This document shows, one piece after another, positions 10,048-23,892 of a stretch of 47,160 nucleotides of DNA (positions are counted from its first letter, which is position 1; every line of letters begins with the position of its first letter). Position numbers and translations under genes: made by a program. The DNA lies in contig OZ223501.1 of assembly GCA_965140785.1 (NCBI GenBank), positions 1-47,160 of the forward strand, given 5' to 3'. The DNA is from an uncultured Ruficoccus sp. (GTDB lineage Bacteria; Verrucomicrobiota; Verrucomicrobiia; Opitutales; Cerasicoccaceae). The notes beneath the pieces were generated by a model, which worked only from the letters and a program-made list of their open reading frames with translations, made no database searches and was not told where the DNA came from.

Positions 10048-10359
10048 TGGGGGCTCCGCGCCCCCAAACCCTGCGCCGGGCTTATGCAGCCCGGACCCGC
10101 AGCAGGCAGAGCCTGCACTTTCGATGCTGCGCATCGCGTCAGCGTTTATTGAAAGCAGCCTTGCTGCTTTCAATAAACGCTGAAGGAGCATCAAAACTGG
10201 GTGCCACCATTCGGAGGATTAGCGGATCACACACAGTCATTGTGGCGATCTCGTGACAGGGAAGGCTTCAATATCGGTCCGGCGTTTGTGCGCAGCACGG
10301 ACGCCGGACCGGGGGTGCAGCCCTCGGCTGCCGCGGGGTCTGGGGGCGCGGAGCCCCCA
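10048..10359. repeat. REPIN/MITE-like element with palindromic terminal inverted repeats and many internal hairpins
   Basis: The left end TGGGGGCTCCGCGCCCCCAAACCCTGCG matches the reverse complement of the right end (TGGGGGCTCCGCGCCCCCAGACCCCGCG). Internal perfect 21-bp stem at 10139-10183 and a 16-bp stem at 10276-10310. Confidence 0.8.
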
Positions 10360-10373
10360 GCTCTCCCCCTCCG

Positions 10374-11771
<1,398 letters not shown>

Positions 11772-11774
11772 GAT

Positions 11775-11883
11775 AAGTTTGAAAGTTTGAGGGTTTGAAA
11801 GTTTGAGAGTCGGGGAAGGCGGAGAAATATTCCAGTGCGCGAATGCGTGAACTTTCAAACGCTCAAACCTTGAACTCTCAAAC
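11775..11883. repeat. Inverted pair of octamer tandem arrays (AAAGTTTG / CAAACTTT)
   Basis: AAGTTTGAAAGTTTGAGGGTTTGAAAGTTTGAGAGT (11775-11810) faces ACTTTCAAACGCTCAAACCTTGAACTCTCAAAC (11851-11883). Confidence 0.75.
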
Positions 11884-11902
11884 GCGGGATTAGGCCGTAG
11901 GC

Positions 11903-13183
11903 CTAAATCCCGAAGAGCAGACGGTCGGGGTCTTCGATGGCTTCCTTGATCTTGATCAGGAAGGTGACGGCCTCCTTGCCATCGACTACGCGGTGATCGT
12001 AGCTGAGGGCGAGGTACATCATCGGGCGGGCGACGATTTCGCCGTCCACCACCACGGCGCGCTGCTGGATGTTGTGCAGGCCGAGGATGCCGCTCTGGGG
12101 CATGTTGAGGATCGGCGTCGAGAGCATGGAGCCGTAGATGCCGCCGTTGGAAATGGTAAAGACGCCGCCTTGGAGGTCGTCGATGGTGAGCTTGCCGTTG
12201 CGGGCGGCCTTGGCGTAGTCGGCGATGTCCTGCTCGATCCGTGCGAAGCCCTTTTTGTCGCAGTCACGCACGACCGGGACGACCAGCCCCTTGTCCGTGC
12301 CGACGGCCACGCCGACATCATAAAAGTGGTTCTGGACCAGTGTGTCGCCGTCGATCTGGCTGTTGATCTGCGGGACGGCCTGAAGGGCGTGGACCACGGC
12401 CTTCACAAAGAAGGACATGAAGCCGAGCTTGATCCCGTGCTGAGCGACGAAGGACTCCTGGTGCTTTTTGCGCAGGCCCATGACGCGGCTCATGTCCACC
12501 TCGTTAAAGGTGGTCAGGAGCGCGGCCTCCTGGGTGGCGGCTACGAGACGCTCGGCAATCTTGCGGCGCAGGGGGGACATCTTCTTGCGCGTGATGCGAC
12601 CATCGTCCTCGGCGCTTGAAGAAGCGGAAGGAGCGGGTGCGGAAGAGGCCTTTTCGGCGGGCTTGTCCGCGGCCTTGAGCATGTCGGCCTTGGTCACGCG
12701 GCCATCCTTGCCGGAGCCCTCGACCTGGGCCGGGTCAATCCCGGTCTCTTCAGCCAGGCGGCGCACGGCGGGCGAGGGCGGCAGGTCCTTGCCCTTGGAA
12801 GAGGCTTCCGGGGCCGGTTCCTGGGCGGGCTCTTTTTTCTCCGACGTGTCGGGCTTGTCCTCCTTGGCGGCGGGCTTGTCCTCGGGCTTGTCTTCCTTTT
12901 TCTCGGAAGAGGTGTCCTTCTTTTCCGAGCCGCCGGACGGCTTCTGGGCCGACTCGTCGATCTCGGCGACAATGGCCCCGATTTCGACCTCGTCGCCTTC
13001 GGCGACTTTCAGCGAAATGGTACCGGCGGTTTCGGCCAGCCCCTCGGAGGTGATTTTGTCAGTTTCGAGCTCGTAGAGGAGCTGATCCTTGGCGACATAA
13101 TCGCCGTCGTTGACGTGCCAGGAGGCGAGGATACCGCTGGTGATCGACTCGCCCAGGGTGGGTACTTTGACTTCGGTGGCCAT
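11903..13183 (-). CDS. sucB: 2-oxoglutarate dehydrogenase E2 (dihydrolipoyllysine succinyltransferase)
   Basis: Lipoyl ETDK motif, E3-binding domain, [19 protein letters not shown]; directly downstream of sucA. Confidence 0.96.
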   Translation of the reverse strand: MATEVKVPTLGESITSGILASWHVNDGDYVAKDQLLYELETDKITSEGLAETAGTISLKVAEGDEVEIGAIVAEIDESAQKPSGGSEKKDTSSEKKEDKPEDKPAAKEDKPDTSEKKEPAQEPAPEASSKGKDLPPSPAVRRLAEETGIDPAQVEGSGKDGRVTKADMLKAADKPAEKASSAPAPSASSSAEDDGRITRKKMSPLRRKIAERLVAATQEAALLTTFNEVDMSRVMGLRKKHQESFVAQHGIKLGFMSFFVKAVVHALQAVPQINSQIDGDTLVQNHFYDVGVAVGTDKGLVVPVVRDCDKKGFARIEQDIADYAKAARNGKLTIDDLQGGVFTISNGGIYGSMLSTPILNMPQSGILGLHNIQQRAVVVDGEIVARPMMYLALSYDHRVVDGKEAVTFLIKIKEAIEDPDRLLFGI

Positions 13184-13244
13184 GGGAAGATGTTAACAGA
13201 TGCTAGGCATGCGCGGGCGGCATGTCATGCTTATTCCGATACGC

Positions 13245-15986
13245 TCAGAGGGTGAAGGCGTCCTTGACGAGGGTTTCCTGCTCCTGCTTGTGGAGGCGCA
13301 GGGAGCCGGGCGCGGGGCTGGCGGCGGCCTGACGCCCCGCGAAGACCGGGGGCTTTCCGGCGGCTTCGAGCAGGTACGGGTACATGTGGGTCCAGGCGCC
13401 CATGTTCTGCGGCTCCTCCTGACACCAGACGAGGTGCTTATACCCCTTGTACTTGTCCATGATCTCGGCCAGGCGCTTTTCGTTCATCGGGTAGAGCTGT
13501 TCGACGCGGACGATGGTGGCGTTATCGATTTTGTTTTCTTTGCGGTACTCGAGCAGGTCGTAATAGACCTTGCCCGAGCAGAAGATGACCCGCTCGGTCT
13601 TGTTGGCGGGTTGCTCGTCATCCAGGATTTCGTGGAAGCGGCCCTTGGTCAGGTCCTCGACGCTGGAGATGCAGTCCTTGTGGCGCAGGAGGCTCTTGGG
13701 GGCCATGATGACGAGCGGCTTGGTGAAGGGGCGCTTCATCTGGCGGCGCAGGACATGGAAGTACTGGGCCGGGGTGGTCATCATGCACACCTGGATGTTG
13801 TCCTCGGCGCAGGCTTGCAGGTAACGCTCCAGGCGGGCCGAGGAGTGCTCGGGGCCCTGGCCCTCGTAGCCGTGGGGCAGGAGCATGACGAGCCCGGAGA
13901 CGCGGCCCCACTTGGATTCGCTCGGGGTGATAAACTGGTCGAAGTGCACCTGCGCGCCGTTGCTGAAGTCGCCGAACTGCGCCTCCCACATGGCGAGCAT
14001 GTCGGGGTAGTCCAGCGAGTAGCCGAAGTCGAAGCCGAGGATGGCGGCCTCCGAGAGGGAGGAGTTATGCACGCAGAAGGTGGCCTGCTCGGGGTCGAGG
14101 TTGAGCAGGGGAACGTAGCGCACGCGCGTCTCGACATCGTAAAAGGCGGCATGGCGCTGGCTGAAGGTGCCGCGCTCGCTGTCCTGCCCGGAGATGCGCA
14201 CCGGCGTGCCCTCCAGCAGGAGCGTGCCCCAGGAGAGCTGCTCGGCGAAGGCCCAGTCGATGCCCCCGCCCTTGCCGAAGTTCTTGCGCTTGGTATCGAG
14301 CTGGCGCTGGATCTTGTTGTTGGGTTGGAAATTGGCCGGGATGGTGGTGAGCGTTTCGGCCACGCGGGTGAGCATGCCCTTGGTCACGCCGGTTTTGATC
14401 GGCTCGAAGTCGTAGGCCGGCTGCTTGATGGCGGCGGAGCCCTCGAAGGTCTTCTTCTTGGTGCTCTTTTCCTCTTCCTCCTTTTTGACGCGCAGGAAGG
14501 AGTCGTTGAGGGCCTGCTGGAATTCCTTGGTCAGGTCCTCGGCTTCCTCGTCGGTGAGGGCCTTTTCCTCGACCAGGCGCTCGCGCAGGATCTTGCTGAT
14601 GGCGTTGTGCTGGGAAATCTGCTTGTACAGCCCCGGCTGGGTGAAGCCCGGCTCGTCGGACTCGTTGTGCCCGTGCTTGCGGTAGCAGTACATGTCGATC
14701 ACGACGTCGTCGCCGAACTGCTGGCGGTACTCCAGGGCGATCTCGGTGACGTGCGCGACGGCCAGCGGGTCGTCCCCGTTGACGTGGAAGATCGGCACCT
14801 CGATCATCTTGGCGATGTCGGTGCAGTAGCGGCTGGAGCGCGACTCGCGCGGATCAGTGGTGAAGCCGATCTGGTTGTTGATGACAAAGTGGATGGTGCC
14901 GCCGGTGAGGTAGCCCTTGAGGCGGGAGAGGTTGAGGGTCTCCATGACCACGCCCTGCCCGGCGAAGGCAGCGTCGCCGTGCACGAGGAAGGGCAGCACG
15001 CGCTTGCGGTCCCAGTCCCCGCGGATGCGCTGGCGGGCGCGGGCCTTGCCCTCGACGACGGGGTCCACGGCCTCCAGGTGGCTGGGGTTGGCGGCGAGGC
15101 GGATCTCGATGTCCTTGCCCGAGGAGGTCGGGCGCTTGGACTCGAAGCCGAGGTGGTACTTCACATCGCCGTCGCCGTGGATGGTGTCGGGAATATAGTT
15201 CTCCGAGAACTCGCGGAAAATATACTCGTAGGACTTGCCTAAAATGTTGGCCAGGACGTTGAGCCGACCGCGGTGGGCCATACCCATGACGATCTCCTCG
15301 ATGCCCAGGTGCGGGCACTTCTCGATCAGCACGTCGAGGGCGGCGATGAGGGTTTCGGCCCCTTCGAGCGAGAAGCGCTTCTGGCCGACGTAGCGGGTGT
15401 GCAGGAAGCGCTCGAACTGCTCGGCTTCCATGACCTTGCGCAGGATACGGACCTTTTGGTCGCTTTTGAAGTTGGGCTGGTTGTCGCTGGGCTCGATGCG
15501 GGCCTGGAGCCAGCGGCGCTTCGGTGTCTCCTGGATGTGAATATACTCGCAGCCGACGTGGCCGCAGTAGGTGCGCTTGAGGCGGCTGAGCAACTGCGGG
15601 ACGCTCATGAAGACGCCGCCCAGGTAGTTGCCGGTGTGGAACTTCTTGTCCGGGTCGATGCTTTCGAGGCCGAGGCGGTCGAGTTTCAGCCGGGGGTTTT
15701 CCAGTACCTGCGCCTGCAAGGGGTTGAAGCGCCCTTCGGTGTGGCCGATGGAGCGGTAGGCGTAGATCGCGCCAATGACGCGCGACTGCTTGATCGGGTC
15801 GGTGTCGCCGGCGGCGGTCGGGGCGGGAGCGGACTTGCCCTTCAGGGCGACGGTCTGTGCCAGCTCGAAGCCTTCGAAGAAGGCGCGCCACTCAGGATCC
15901 AGCCCATCGGGGCTATCGACCCAGCGTTGGTAGTATTCGTCGATCAAGTCCGCGTTCCAGCGGTTAGCGAAAGTGAGGTTTTTCAT
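13245..15986 (-). CDS. sucA: 2-oxoglutarate dehydrogenase E1
   Basis: [44 protein letters not shown] and [19 protein letters not shown]. Confidence 0.98.
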   Translation of the reverse strand: MKNLTFANRWNADLIDEYYQRWVDSPDGLDPEWRAFFEGFELAQTVALKGKSAPAPTAAGDTDPIKQSRVIGAIYAYRSIGHTEGRFNPLQAQVLENPRLKLDRLGLESIDPDKKFHTGNYLGGVFMSVPQLLSRLKRTYCGHVGCEYIHIQETPKRRWLQARIEPSDNQPNFKSDQKVRILRKVMEAEQFERFLHTRYVGQKRFSLEGAETLIAALDVLIEKCPHLGIEEIVMGMAHRGRLNVLANILGKSYEYIFREFSENYIPDTIHGDGDVKYHLGFESKRPTSSGKDIEIRLAANPSHLEAVDPVVEGKARARQRIRGDWDRKRVLPFLVHGDAAFAGQGVVMETLNLSRLKGYLTGGTIHFVINNQIGFTTDPRESRSSRYCTDIAKMIEVPIFHVNGDDPLAVAHVTEIALEYRQQFGDDVVIDMYCYRKHGHNESDEPGFTQPGLYKQISQHNAISKILRERLVEEKALTDEEAEDLTKEFQQALNDSFLRVKKEEEEKSTKKKTFEGSAAIKQPAYDFEPIKTGVTKGMLTRVAETLTTIPANFQPNNKIQRQLDTKRKNFGKGGGIDWAFAEQLSWGTLLLEGTPVRISGQDSERGTFSQRHAAFYDVETRVRYVPLLNLDPEQATFCVHNSSLSEAAILGFDFGYSLDYPDMLAMWEAQFGDFSNGAQVHFDQFITPSESKWGRVSGLVMLLPHGYEGQGPEHSSARLERYLQACAEDNIQVCMMTTPAQYFHVLRRQMKRPFTKPLVIMAPKSLLRHKDCISSVEDLTKGRFHEILDDEQPANKTERVIFCSGKVYYDLLEYRKENKIDNATIVRVEQLYPMNEKRLAEIMDKYKGYKHLVWCQEEPQNMGAWTHMYPYLLEAAGKPPVFAGRQAAASPAPGSLRLHKQEQETLVKDAFTL

Positions 15987-16063
15987 CGCAAAAGGGGAAT
16001 GTGCCCAATAGTTAGGATATACGTTGACCCACGTGTTGTGACAAGTATTTCCGTGTCTTTTCT

Positions 16064-16288
16064 ATGAGCATCAGAGATAGTATTTATCAGAACCTTGAAT
16101 CTGTAATCGTGAATAAGCAAAATGTGGCTGCTTCAGCCGCCGCGCTGGACACCTTCGTCCGTGAACACAAGAAGGAGATTCCGGGCGATCTGGCTCACTA
16201 TCTGGAGAACCGCAGCTACGCCAAAGCCTGGGCCTGGTTCCAGGATGGCAAGCACGCCCCGCGCGGCACCTGCTCCAGCGGAAAGTAG
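16064..16288 (+). CDS. Small hypothetical protein (74 aa)
   Basis: Clean ORF divergent from sucA; helical, with LAHYLENRSYAKA. Confidence 0.7.
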   Translation: MSIRDSIYQNLESVIVNKQNVAASAAALDTFVREHKKEIPGDLAHYLENRSYAKAWAWFQDGKHAPRGTCSSGK

Positions 16289-16389
16289 GTAAATGGTGAG
16301 CCTTCGCGGCATCAGCCGACGGAGGAAAGGGGATTGATCCCGGGGGGCTGAGGCGACAAGCTGGCCAACCAGAAGCAGACGTTTTTATC

Positions 16390-16791
16390 ATGGCAAAGAA
16401 AGAGCGATTATCGACCGGCGGCGGCGAAGACCTCAGTGCGAACAATCCCTTTGGTGCGCTTTCTTCGGACGGGCTTCCGGCGGGCAAGCCCGTTCCGCAG
16501 CCCGCCCAGAATCCCATCTCCGCTCCGGCCAAACCGAAAAAGCGCGGGCGCGTCGATGTGCGCCGCGAAAAGGCCGGGCGCGGGGGCAAGACCGTCACCG
16601 TGTGCTCGGGCGAGGGCCTGCTGCACACCGGCCCGCAGGAACTCGACTCCCTCGTCAAAACCCTGAAAACCCGCTGCGGCACCGGCGGTGCCGTCAAGGG
16701 CAAGACCGTCGAAATCCAGGGCGACATGCGCGACACCGTAGCCACCGAACTCGAAAAACGCGGCTACCGCGTCGTCTTCACCGGCGGGTGA
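16390..16791 (+). CDS. Translation initiation factor SUI1/eIF1 family (YciH-like)
   Basis: RREKAGRGGKTVTV...LKTRCGTGGAVKGKTVEIQGD. Confidence 0.93.
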   Translation: MAKKERLSTGGGEDLSANNPFGALSSDGLPAGKPVPQPAQNPISAPAKPKKRGRVDVRREKAGRGGKTVTVCSGEGLLHTGPQELDSLVKTLKTRCGTGGAVKGKTVEIQGDMRDTVATELEKRGYRVVFTGG

Positions 16792-16820
16792 GGCAGGGTG
16801 CGTGACCGCACTCGACATTG

Positions 16821-16942
16821 AGGGGCTGAGCCCCTACGCCGCCAGAAAGGCGGCTACCCTTGAAGGCGGGGCCAAGTCGGAGTCCTGCACCGATGATCCT
16901 TCGGATCACGGATGGCATTTATTGGGGAAATGTCATGGGGCC
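16821..16942. repeat. REP-like hairpins (two GTAG-type on the minus strand) followed by a copy of the three-hairpin motif
   Basis: AGGGGCTGAGCCCCTAC and GCCGCCAGAAAGGCGGCTAC (each is a hairpin plus CTAC); then stems at 16866-16888, 16894-16908 and 16912-16936 matching the copies at 10102 and 33349. Confidence 0.65.
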
Positions 16943-16967
16943 AACTTGTCCTGACGGACGATGACTG

Positions 16968-17351
16968 CTAAGCTTTGCGTGCGGTCCGGTAATTGAAAAC
17001 AAAAATAGCGCCCGCGGAGATGGCAAAGACGCTGGCGGCGTTGACCGGCTCAAAATGTCCGCTCACGAAAAGAATGCCCAGGGCAGCGGCGGTCTCCACC
17101 ATCGTAAGGATAAAAGCCCCGAAGACCACTCGGCCTCGGCTCCCTGACCGAAAGACCGCGATAAGCAGAAGAATCGGGCAGTACAGCACGATCATCGCCG
17201 CAAACGGAATGAACAAAATGCCAGCGATTTGCGAGTAGAGCGGCAGGCTCCACTGCCAGGGTTGAGTCAGGATGAGCGAAGGAAATGCCAGCAGTGCCCA
17301 AGCGACGAGCACATCCCTAGACAGGCGAAACGGCTGATCGATTGCGGTCAT
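16968..17351 (-). CDS. Hypothetical 4-TM membrane protein
   Basis: 127 aa with four hydrophobic stretches. Confidence 0.65.
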   Translation of the reverse strand: MTAIDQPFRLSRDVLVAWALLAFPSLILTQPWQWSLPLYSQIAGILFIPFAAMIVLYCPILLLIAVFRSGSRGRVVFGAFILTMVETAAALGILFVSGHFEPVNAASVFAISAGAIFVFNYRTARKA

Positions 17352-17404
17352 CGTCCGGCATAGCAGGTTGCGGACAAACTTTGGCAGGCGACTTTTCCGG
17401 CTCG

Positions 17405-17707
17405 CTACTTCTGCGGCTGGGCGGGGGTGTCGGAGGAGACGGGAGCCTTGGAGGCTTCGGCCTCGGCCCGCTGGGTGGGGCCGGGCTGCGGTTGCTTGGC
17501 CTTGCTGTCTTCCTCGTCCATGGCCTGACGGAAGGTCTGCTCCGCCTCGGAGGTGGCCTTCTTGAATTCCTTCATCGACTTACCCAGGCTCTTGGCGAGT
17601 TCGGGCAGGCGCTTGGCCCCGAAAAGCAGGAGGATAATAATGAGGATGAGCAGGATTTCCTGCCAGCCAAGGTTCTGAATGAAGGCGAGAGAGCTAGATG
17701 CGTTCAT
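17405..17707 (-). CDS. tatA: Twin-arginine translocase TatA/E subunit
   Basis: [39 protein letters not shown]. Confidence 0.95.
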   Translation of the reverse strand: MNASSSLAFIQNLGWQEILLILIIILLLFGAKRLPELAKSLGKSMKEFKKATSEAEQTFRQAMDEEDSKAKQPQPGPTQRAEAEASKAPVSSDTPAQPQK

Positions 17708-17766
17708 GGATATTTATAGGAGAAAGGTAAGCCCAAAAGGCGATGGAAACAACATTCAAATGCGGA

Positions 17767-18732
17767 TTACTGGGGCGAGGCCTGACGCTGGTTGGGGACG
17801 ATCTGGCCCGAGGCGTAAAGCTCGTTCACGGTGTCGGTGTACTGCGGGCCGGGCAGAATGATCTCGTCGCCCCGTTTGGGCTCGCCGGTGAGGCGTTGCA
17901 GGCCGACAGCCTTGCCATTGCGCAAGGTCGTCAACTGCATCGCGCCGGTCACGTTGAGATCGGCGTCCCGGGACAGGACCAGCTCATCCCCGAAAAACGC
18001 CAGGTAGCGGCTGTCGAGCCAGACGACGCCGAAGTCGCCTTCCTCGTCCATGGTGACGAGCTCACCGAGCCGCAGATTGCGCGAAGCCGGGGAAAGATCG
18101 GGGAAGGGCATGGGCTCCTCGACGGGAGCCTTTTCTTCCGGGGGTTGCTCGGGCTCTTCGTCTGAGCCGAAAAGAAAATCGAAGAAGCCGCCGCTGTCCT
18201 CGTCCTGCGCGGCGGTGTTGTCGGTGGCTTCGCCTTCGGCGGACAGGTTGGGCTCGTCGGTCGCCAAGGCGGGAGTACCCGGCGTTGGTCCGGCAGGCGA
18301 GGGCGGGGCAAGCGGGTTGCCGTCGGCATCGACACGGACCGCGTGGACCACGATGACCGGTTCGGAGTCGTCCGCGGGGAAGGACGATTGCCCCTGAGGG
18401 CTACCATTGGCCGAGCTGTTGACGACATCGCCCTTGATCTGGGTGACGTAGCCTTGGCTCAGGCTGGTGCCCGGTGGCATCGGCGGGCCGGATACCGCGC
18501 TGCCAGAAGCCTTGGAAGCGGAGGAAGGCGTCCGGGAACTCGAAGAAGCCGATGGGCTGGACTCACTGGCGGTTGAGGCCGTGTCAGAGCCCTCCTCATC
18601 CTTATCCTCCACAATAACCGGCTGCCGCTCCTGGGAAATCGGCGGCCTGGCCTTCCGGGGGGCAGCCCAGGCACTTCCACTTGCCAGCCCGAGGGCGGTA
18701 AGAAGAAATAGGGCGGTGCGAATCCCGCGCAT
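17767..18732 (-). CDS. Hypothetical secreted protein with a long low-complexity linker and a C-terminal beta domain
   Basis: Signal peptide ending AWA; Ser/Pro/acidic disordered region; lies between rpoD and tatA on the same strand. Confidence 0.75.
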   Translation of the reverse strand: MRGIRTALFLLTALGLASGSAWAAPRKARPPISQERQPVIVEDKDEEGSDTASTASESSPSASSSSRTPSSASKASGSAVSGPPMPPGTSLSQGYVTQIKGDVVNSSANGSPQGQSSFPADDSEPVIVVHAVRVDADGNPLAPPSPAGPTPGTPALATDEPNLSAEGEATDNTAAQDEDSGGFFDFLFGSDEEPEQPPEEKAPVEEPMPFPDLSPASRNLRLGELVTMDEEGDFGVVWLDSRYLAFFGDELVLSRDADLNVTGAMQLTTLRNGKAVGLQRLTGEPKRGDEIILPGPQYTDTVNELYASGQIVPNQRQASPQ

Positions 18733-18761
18733 GGGACAGGCTGGCGAAGGGGTTGGAAGGG

Positions 18762-20498
<1,737 letters not shown>

Positions 20499-20524
20499 GA
20501 TCGAATGGACGGTTACAGGAACAT

Positions 20525-22375
20525 TTAAAGTCGGAATTGCGGCGGATTTCTTAATTGCTGACGGAGTTCAATGCGCTGGCGGTGGAGATCGCGGATGCGT
20601 TCGGCGTCCTCCGGGGGGGTATTCATGAGCTTGAGATCGAGGTCCTTCTGGAGTTGCGCGAGGTGGCGCCGGTAAAGAGCCCGGACAGGCTCAAGCACCG
20701 TCTGTTCCGGGTCGTCAAGGGCCACGTCCCGGTTGAGCAGTGCGTAAAGGTAATTTCTTTCTTCGTCGGACTCAAGCAGTTCTATAAAATCGTTAATGCC
20801 GTTCCAGACGTCATTCTGGAACTCTATCAATAAATTACGCAAAAGCCGGCCTGCTGCCGCTTTTTCGTTAACCCATTGGGGGTCAACAATATTTGAGACA
20901 GATCGGGCCAGCTTATCGCTGTGTAAGGCGATTAACAATAGCTGAGATTCGGCGCTTGTCAATGCCTCGGATGCTTTACGGTTGGCCGCCGTCGCGGCTC
21001 CGTCATCGGGGTTGGTGAGCGGGGCGGGGCGGGTCTGCCCGCGGGCGAAGCGCTCGAAGTCGCGCTGGAGGGCCAGGCGGTCCACCCGGCTCAGGCGCAC
21101 AGCCAGGGCGGAGAGGGCCTGCTCGCGCACGACCTCGCTCTCGCTCTGGGCGATGATGCTGAAAATCTCGTCCAGACCGTGCCGTTCCTCCGGGCTGCCC
21201 GGCTCGAGCGAGGGCGGCACGAGCACCCCGGCGGCGAAATCGATCCAGCCCAGGGCCTGCTCGCGCAGGGCCTCCAAGGCTCCGGCGCCACCCTCGGCCA
21301 GGAGTTCGTCCGGGTCGGCTCCGGCCGGCAGGCAGAGGAAGCGCACGTCGAGCCCGGCCTTGAGGGCGAGCGGGAGCATGCGCAGGGCGGCTTTTTGGCC
21401 GGCGTTGTCGCCGTCGAGCAGGACCTCGGCCCGCGAGGTGTAGCGGCGCAGGAGGGCGAGCTGGTGCTCGGTGATGGCCGTGCCCTGCGGGGCCACGGCG
21501 TTGAGGACGCCTTTCTCGATACAGCGCAGGCAGTCGAGCTGCCCCTCGACCAGGATCAGGCTCTCGCCGTCGCCGACGTGCTGGCGTGCCCGCTCCAGCC
21601 CGAAGAGCACGTCGCTCTTCTTAAACAGGGGCGTCTCGGGCGAGTTGATGTACTTGGCCTCGCGCGAGGGGTCGTCCTGCGGGGTGAGGTCCGTCTGGCG
21701 GGCGGTGAAGGCGATGACGCGCCCCTGCACGTCGCGGATCGGGATCATGAGTCGCCCGCGGAAACGCGGTTTGGCGTGGCGAGCGGCGGTGTCGTGGTCG
21801 TTGACGTAAAAGAGTCCGCACTGGGCGATGGCCTCGGCGGAGTAGCCCTTTTTGTGCAAAAGGTCGAGCAGCTTGCCTCCACCGGCGGGGGCGAAGCCGA
21901 CCTTGAACTCGTCCGCCAGTTCCAGGGGGAAGCGGCGCTTGCCGGTCCAGTACTCGCGCATGGTGACGCTGTCGCGGTGGTCGGCCTGCAGGCAGCGGTG
22001 GTAGTAGTCGGCGGCCAGCTCATGCAGGGTGAGTAGCTCCTTGCGCAGGGAGAGGCGTTCGCGGGGCATGCCGTCGTCCTCGTATTCCAGGGGCACGCTA
22101 AAGCGCTCGGCCAGCAGCTCCACCGCCTCGCCGAACTCCAGATTCTCCTTCAACTGGACGAAGCGAAAGAGGTCCCCGGCATTGCCCGAGGAGTAGTCCA
22201 TGAAGACGTTTTTCTCCGGATGGACGTAAAAGGAGGGTGTCTTCTCGGGGTTAAAGGGACTCAGGCCGCGGAACTGCGCTCCGGCCCGCTTCATCTGCGT
22301 GTACGGGGAAACCACGTCGAGGAGGCTGACCCGTTGCCGGAGATTTTCGATGCTGCTTCGCTTGACCCTGGGCAT
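20525..22375 (-). CDS. dnaG: DNA primase
   Basis: [33 protein letters not shown] and TOPRIM motifs VEGQLD and DGDNAG. Confidence 0.97.
   Translation of the reverse strand: MPRVKRSSIENLRQRVSLLDVVSPYTQMKRAGAQFRGLSPFNPEKTPSFYVHPEKNVFMDYSSGNAGDLFRFVQLKENLEFGEAVELLAERFSVPLEYEDDGMPRERLSLRKELLTLHELAADYYHRCLQADHRDSVTMREYWTGKRRFPLELADEFKVGFAPAGGGKLLDLLHKKGYSAEAIAQCGLFYVNDHDTAARHAKPRFRGRLMIPIRDVQGRVIAFTARQTDLTPQDDPSREAKYINSPETPLFKKSDVLFGLERARQHVGDGESLILVEGQLDCLRCIEKGVLNAVAPQGTAITEHQLALLRRYTSRAEVLLDGDNAGQKAALRMLPLALKAGLDVRFLCLPAGADPDELLAEGGAGALEALREQALGWIDFAAGVLVPPSLEPGSPEERHGLDEIFSIIAQSESEVVREQALSALAVRLSRVDRLALQRDFERFARGQTRPAPLTNPDDGAATAANRKASEALTSAESQLLLIALHSDKLARSVSNIVDPQWVNEKAAAGRLLRNLLIEFQNDVWNGINDFIELLESDEERNYLYALLNRDVALDDPEQTVLEPVRALYRRHLAQLQKDLDLKLMNTPPEDAERIRDLHRQRIELRQQLRNPPQFRL
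20935..20962 (-). promoter_or_regulatory. Putative rpoD promoter inside dnaG
   Basis: TTGACA-N16-TATTGT on the minus strand within a conspicuously AT-rich stretch of dnaG (about 20740-20980). Confidence 0.5.
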
Positions 22376-22579
22376 GGACGGAAACTTTTAAGAGACACCA
22401 CTATCGCCTCCCGCGCAAGCCTGCACCGCTACGACTTATTCGACGGTTATTCTCTGAGAAAGGGAGACACAGCTTTTGACGATCGCGATGTTATGACAGG
22501 CTGTGATGGAAAATTGTTGCGACGCCGGGGGAGAGGTTTATTTCTGGGTATTCTTTACCTTCTTTGGGTTATTAATATC

Positions 22580-23518
22580 ATGAATGTACCCGTGCGCTAT
22601 CTTCTTGGGATCACCGGTGCCCTTACCGCGCTTGCGGCCACTCCGCTGCAGGCGGTCAGCTATAACGTCAACCTGAACACCTCGTACTTTGGTTGGCTCG
22701 ACCAGTACAGCCTGGATTCCTACGGCCTTCCGGGAAACGATGCCTGTGTACCGACCTCCTCGACCAACGCCATGACCTACCTGCAGAACGCCTACAGCGG
22801 GTACTACGGGACGGGCTTGACTGGCACCACGTACAGTTCTTGGGAAACCACTGCCGGGATACTGATCGGCCCTGACTACATGAATACTACGGAGGCTGAG
22901 GGCGGGACTGACAGCGCCCGGATCCCGTATGCACTGAGCAAGTATATCATCTCAGATCGCGGTTATACGCAGACGGTGCTTGGCGGCATGTACACTTCAT
23001 CCGACTACTGGGAGCCGCCGGACTGGCCCAACCCCGGTTATATCACCGACTCAGCGCCCACCTCGGGTTTTTTCCTCGATGCACTGGGGGCGGGCGCGGC
23101 CACTATGTTCTCCATCATGTATCCCCCTGGTGATGGGGGTGGCGGGCACTTCCTGCTAGCCTCTGGCCTGGTCTGGGACGACGCGAACAACGACGGGATT
23201 ATCCAGTTCTCCGAGGAGGCGACCCTGAACTTCATCGATCCTCTCGACCCGGCTTATTATGACGGTTCCGGTTATCCCGCCTCGGGCCCGAAGGTCACCT
23301 CGGGGCACCTCTACTACGATTCTGAAACCGAGGTTCTGAAAATGGACTACTCGCAATACGATGGCAGTCTTCCCTCCAGCGGCGAGTACAGCCCGGCAAA
23401 CGATTTGATTATCAATACCGTGCTCACTATCAATGTCGTGCCGGAGCCACAATCCTGGGCCGCCTTGGCGGGAATGGCCGCACTCGCCCTGTGCTGGTGG
23501 CGGCGCGGCGGGCGGTGA
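22580..23518 (+). CDS. PEP-CTERM protein with a papain-like (C39-like) Cys-His domain
   Basis: Signal peptide MNVPVRYLLGITGALTALAATPLQA; DQY...ACVPTSSTNAMTYL, GGHFLLASG and FIDP; C-terminal VPEPQSWAALAGMAALALCWWRR. Confidence 0.85.
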   Translation: MNVPVRYLLGITGALTALAATPLQAVSYNVNLNTSYFGWLDQYSLDSYGLPGNDACVPTSSTNAMTYLQNAYSGYYGTGLTGTTYSSWETTAGILIGPDYMNTTEAEGGTDSARIPYALSKYIISDRGYTQTVLGGMYTSSDYWEPPDWPNPGYITDSAPTSGFFLDALGAGAATMFSIMYPPGDGGGGHFLLASGLVWDDANNDGIIQFSEEATLNFIDPLDPAYYDGSGYPASGPKVTSGHLYYDSETEVLKMDYSQYDGSLPSSGEYSPANDLIINTVLTINVVPEPQSWAALAGMAALALCWWRRGGR

Positions 23519-23638
23519 TCTTCAACTGCGCGAAGCGGAAGAGGGACTGACACCGCTTGGCTTTACCCGGGGCTTGGGCGGGGATTTTGAGAGATGCCCT
23601 TGTCCCTTGCGCGTAAACCTTGCCCCCAGTGAACCCCG

Positions 23639-23869
23639 TTACCGATCCTTCTCGGTATTCGACTCAAGCAAGCCCGGCTCGTGATTCGAACGGATCTTTA
23701 TATAAATGATATTGTGCAAGTCTATCCCCAGCGGGAGTGCGCATAGAGACACCATCATGATGGTCATCCAATTTGTCCAGAAGGCCATAACGAGTGCTGC
23801 AACGCCCAGAAATAGCAAGTGGGCCGGAAGGCTTTGTATGCTCTGCCGCAGTGCTGACTTAAATTTCAT
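23639..23869 (-). CDS. Small hypothetical membrane protein (2 TM)
   Basis: 76-aa ORF in an AT-richer patch just downstream of the TPR lipoprotein gene. Confidence 0.45.
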   Translation of the reverse strand: MKFKSALRQSIQSLPAHLLFLGVAALVMAFWTNWMTIMMVSLCALPLGIDLHNIIYIKIRSNHEPGLLESNTEKDR

Positions 23870-23892
23870 CAGGGTCTGGCCCCGGTAACCTT

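Noticed and set aside
11775..11883. CRISPR array suggested by GTTT..GAAA-like repeats
   Set aside because: The units are contiguous 8-mers without unique spacers, and there are no cas genes.
22220..22579. N-terminal extension of the 432-aa ORF
   Set aside because: It overlaps dnaG and the promoter region; the signal peptide starts at 22580.
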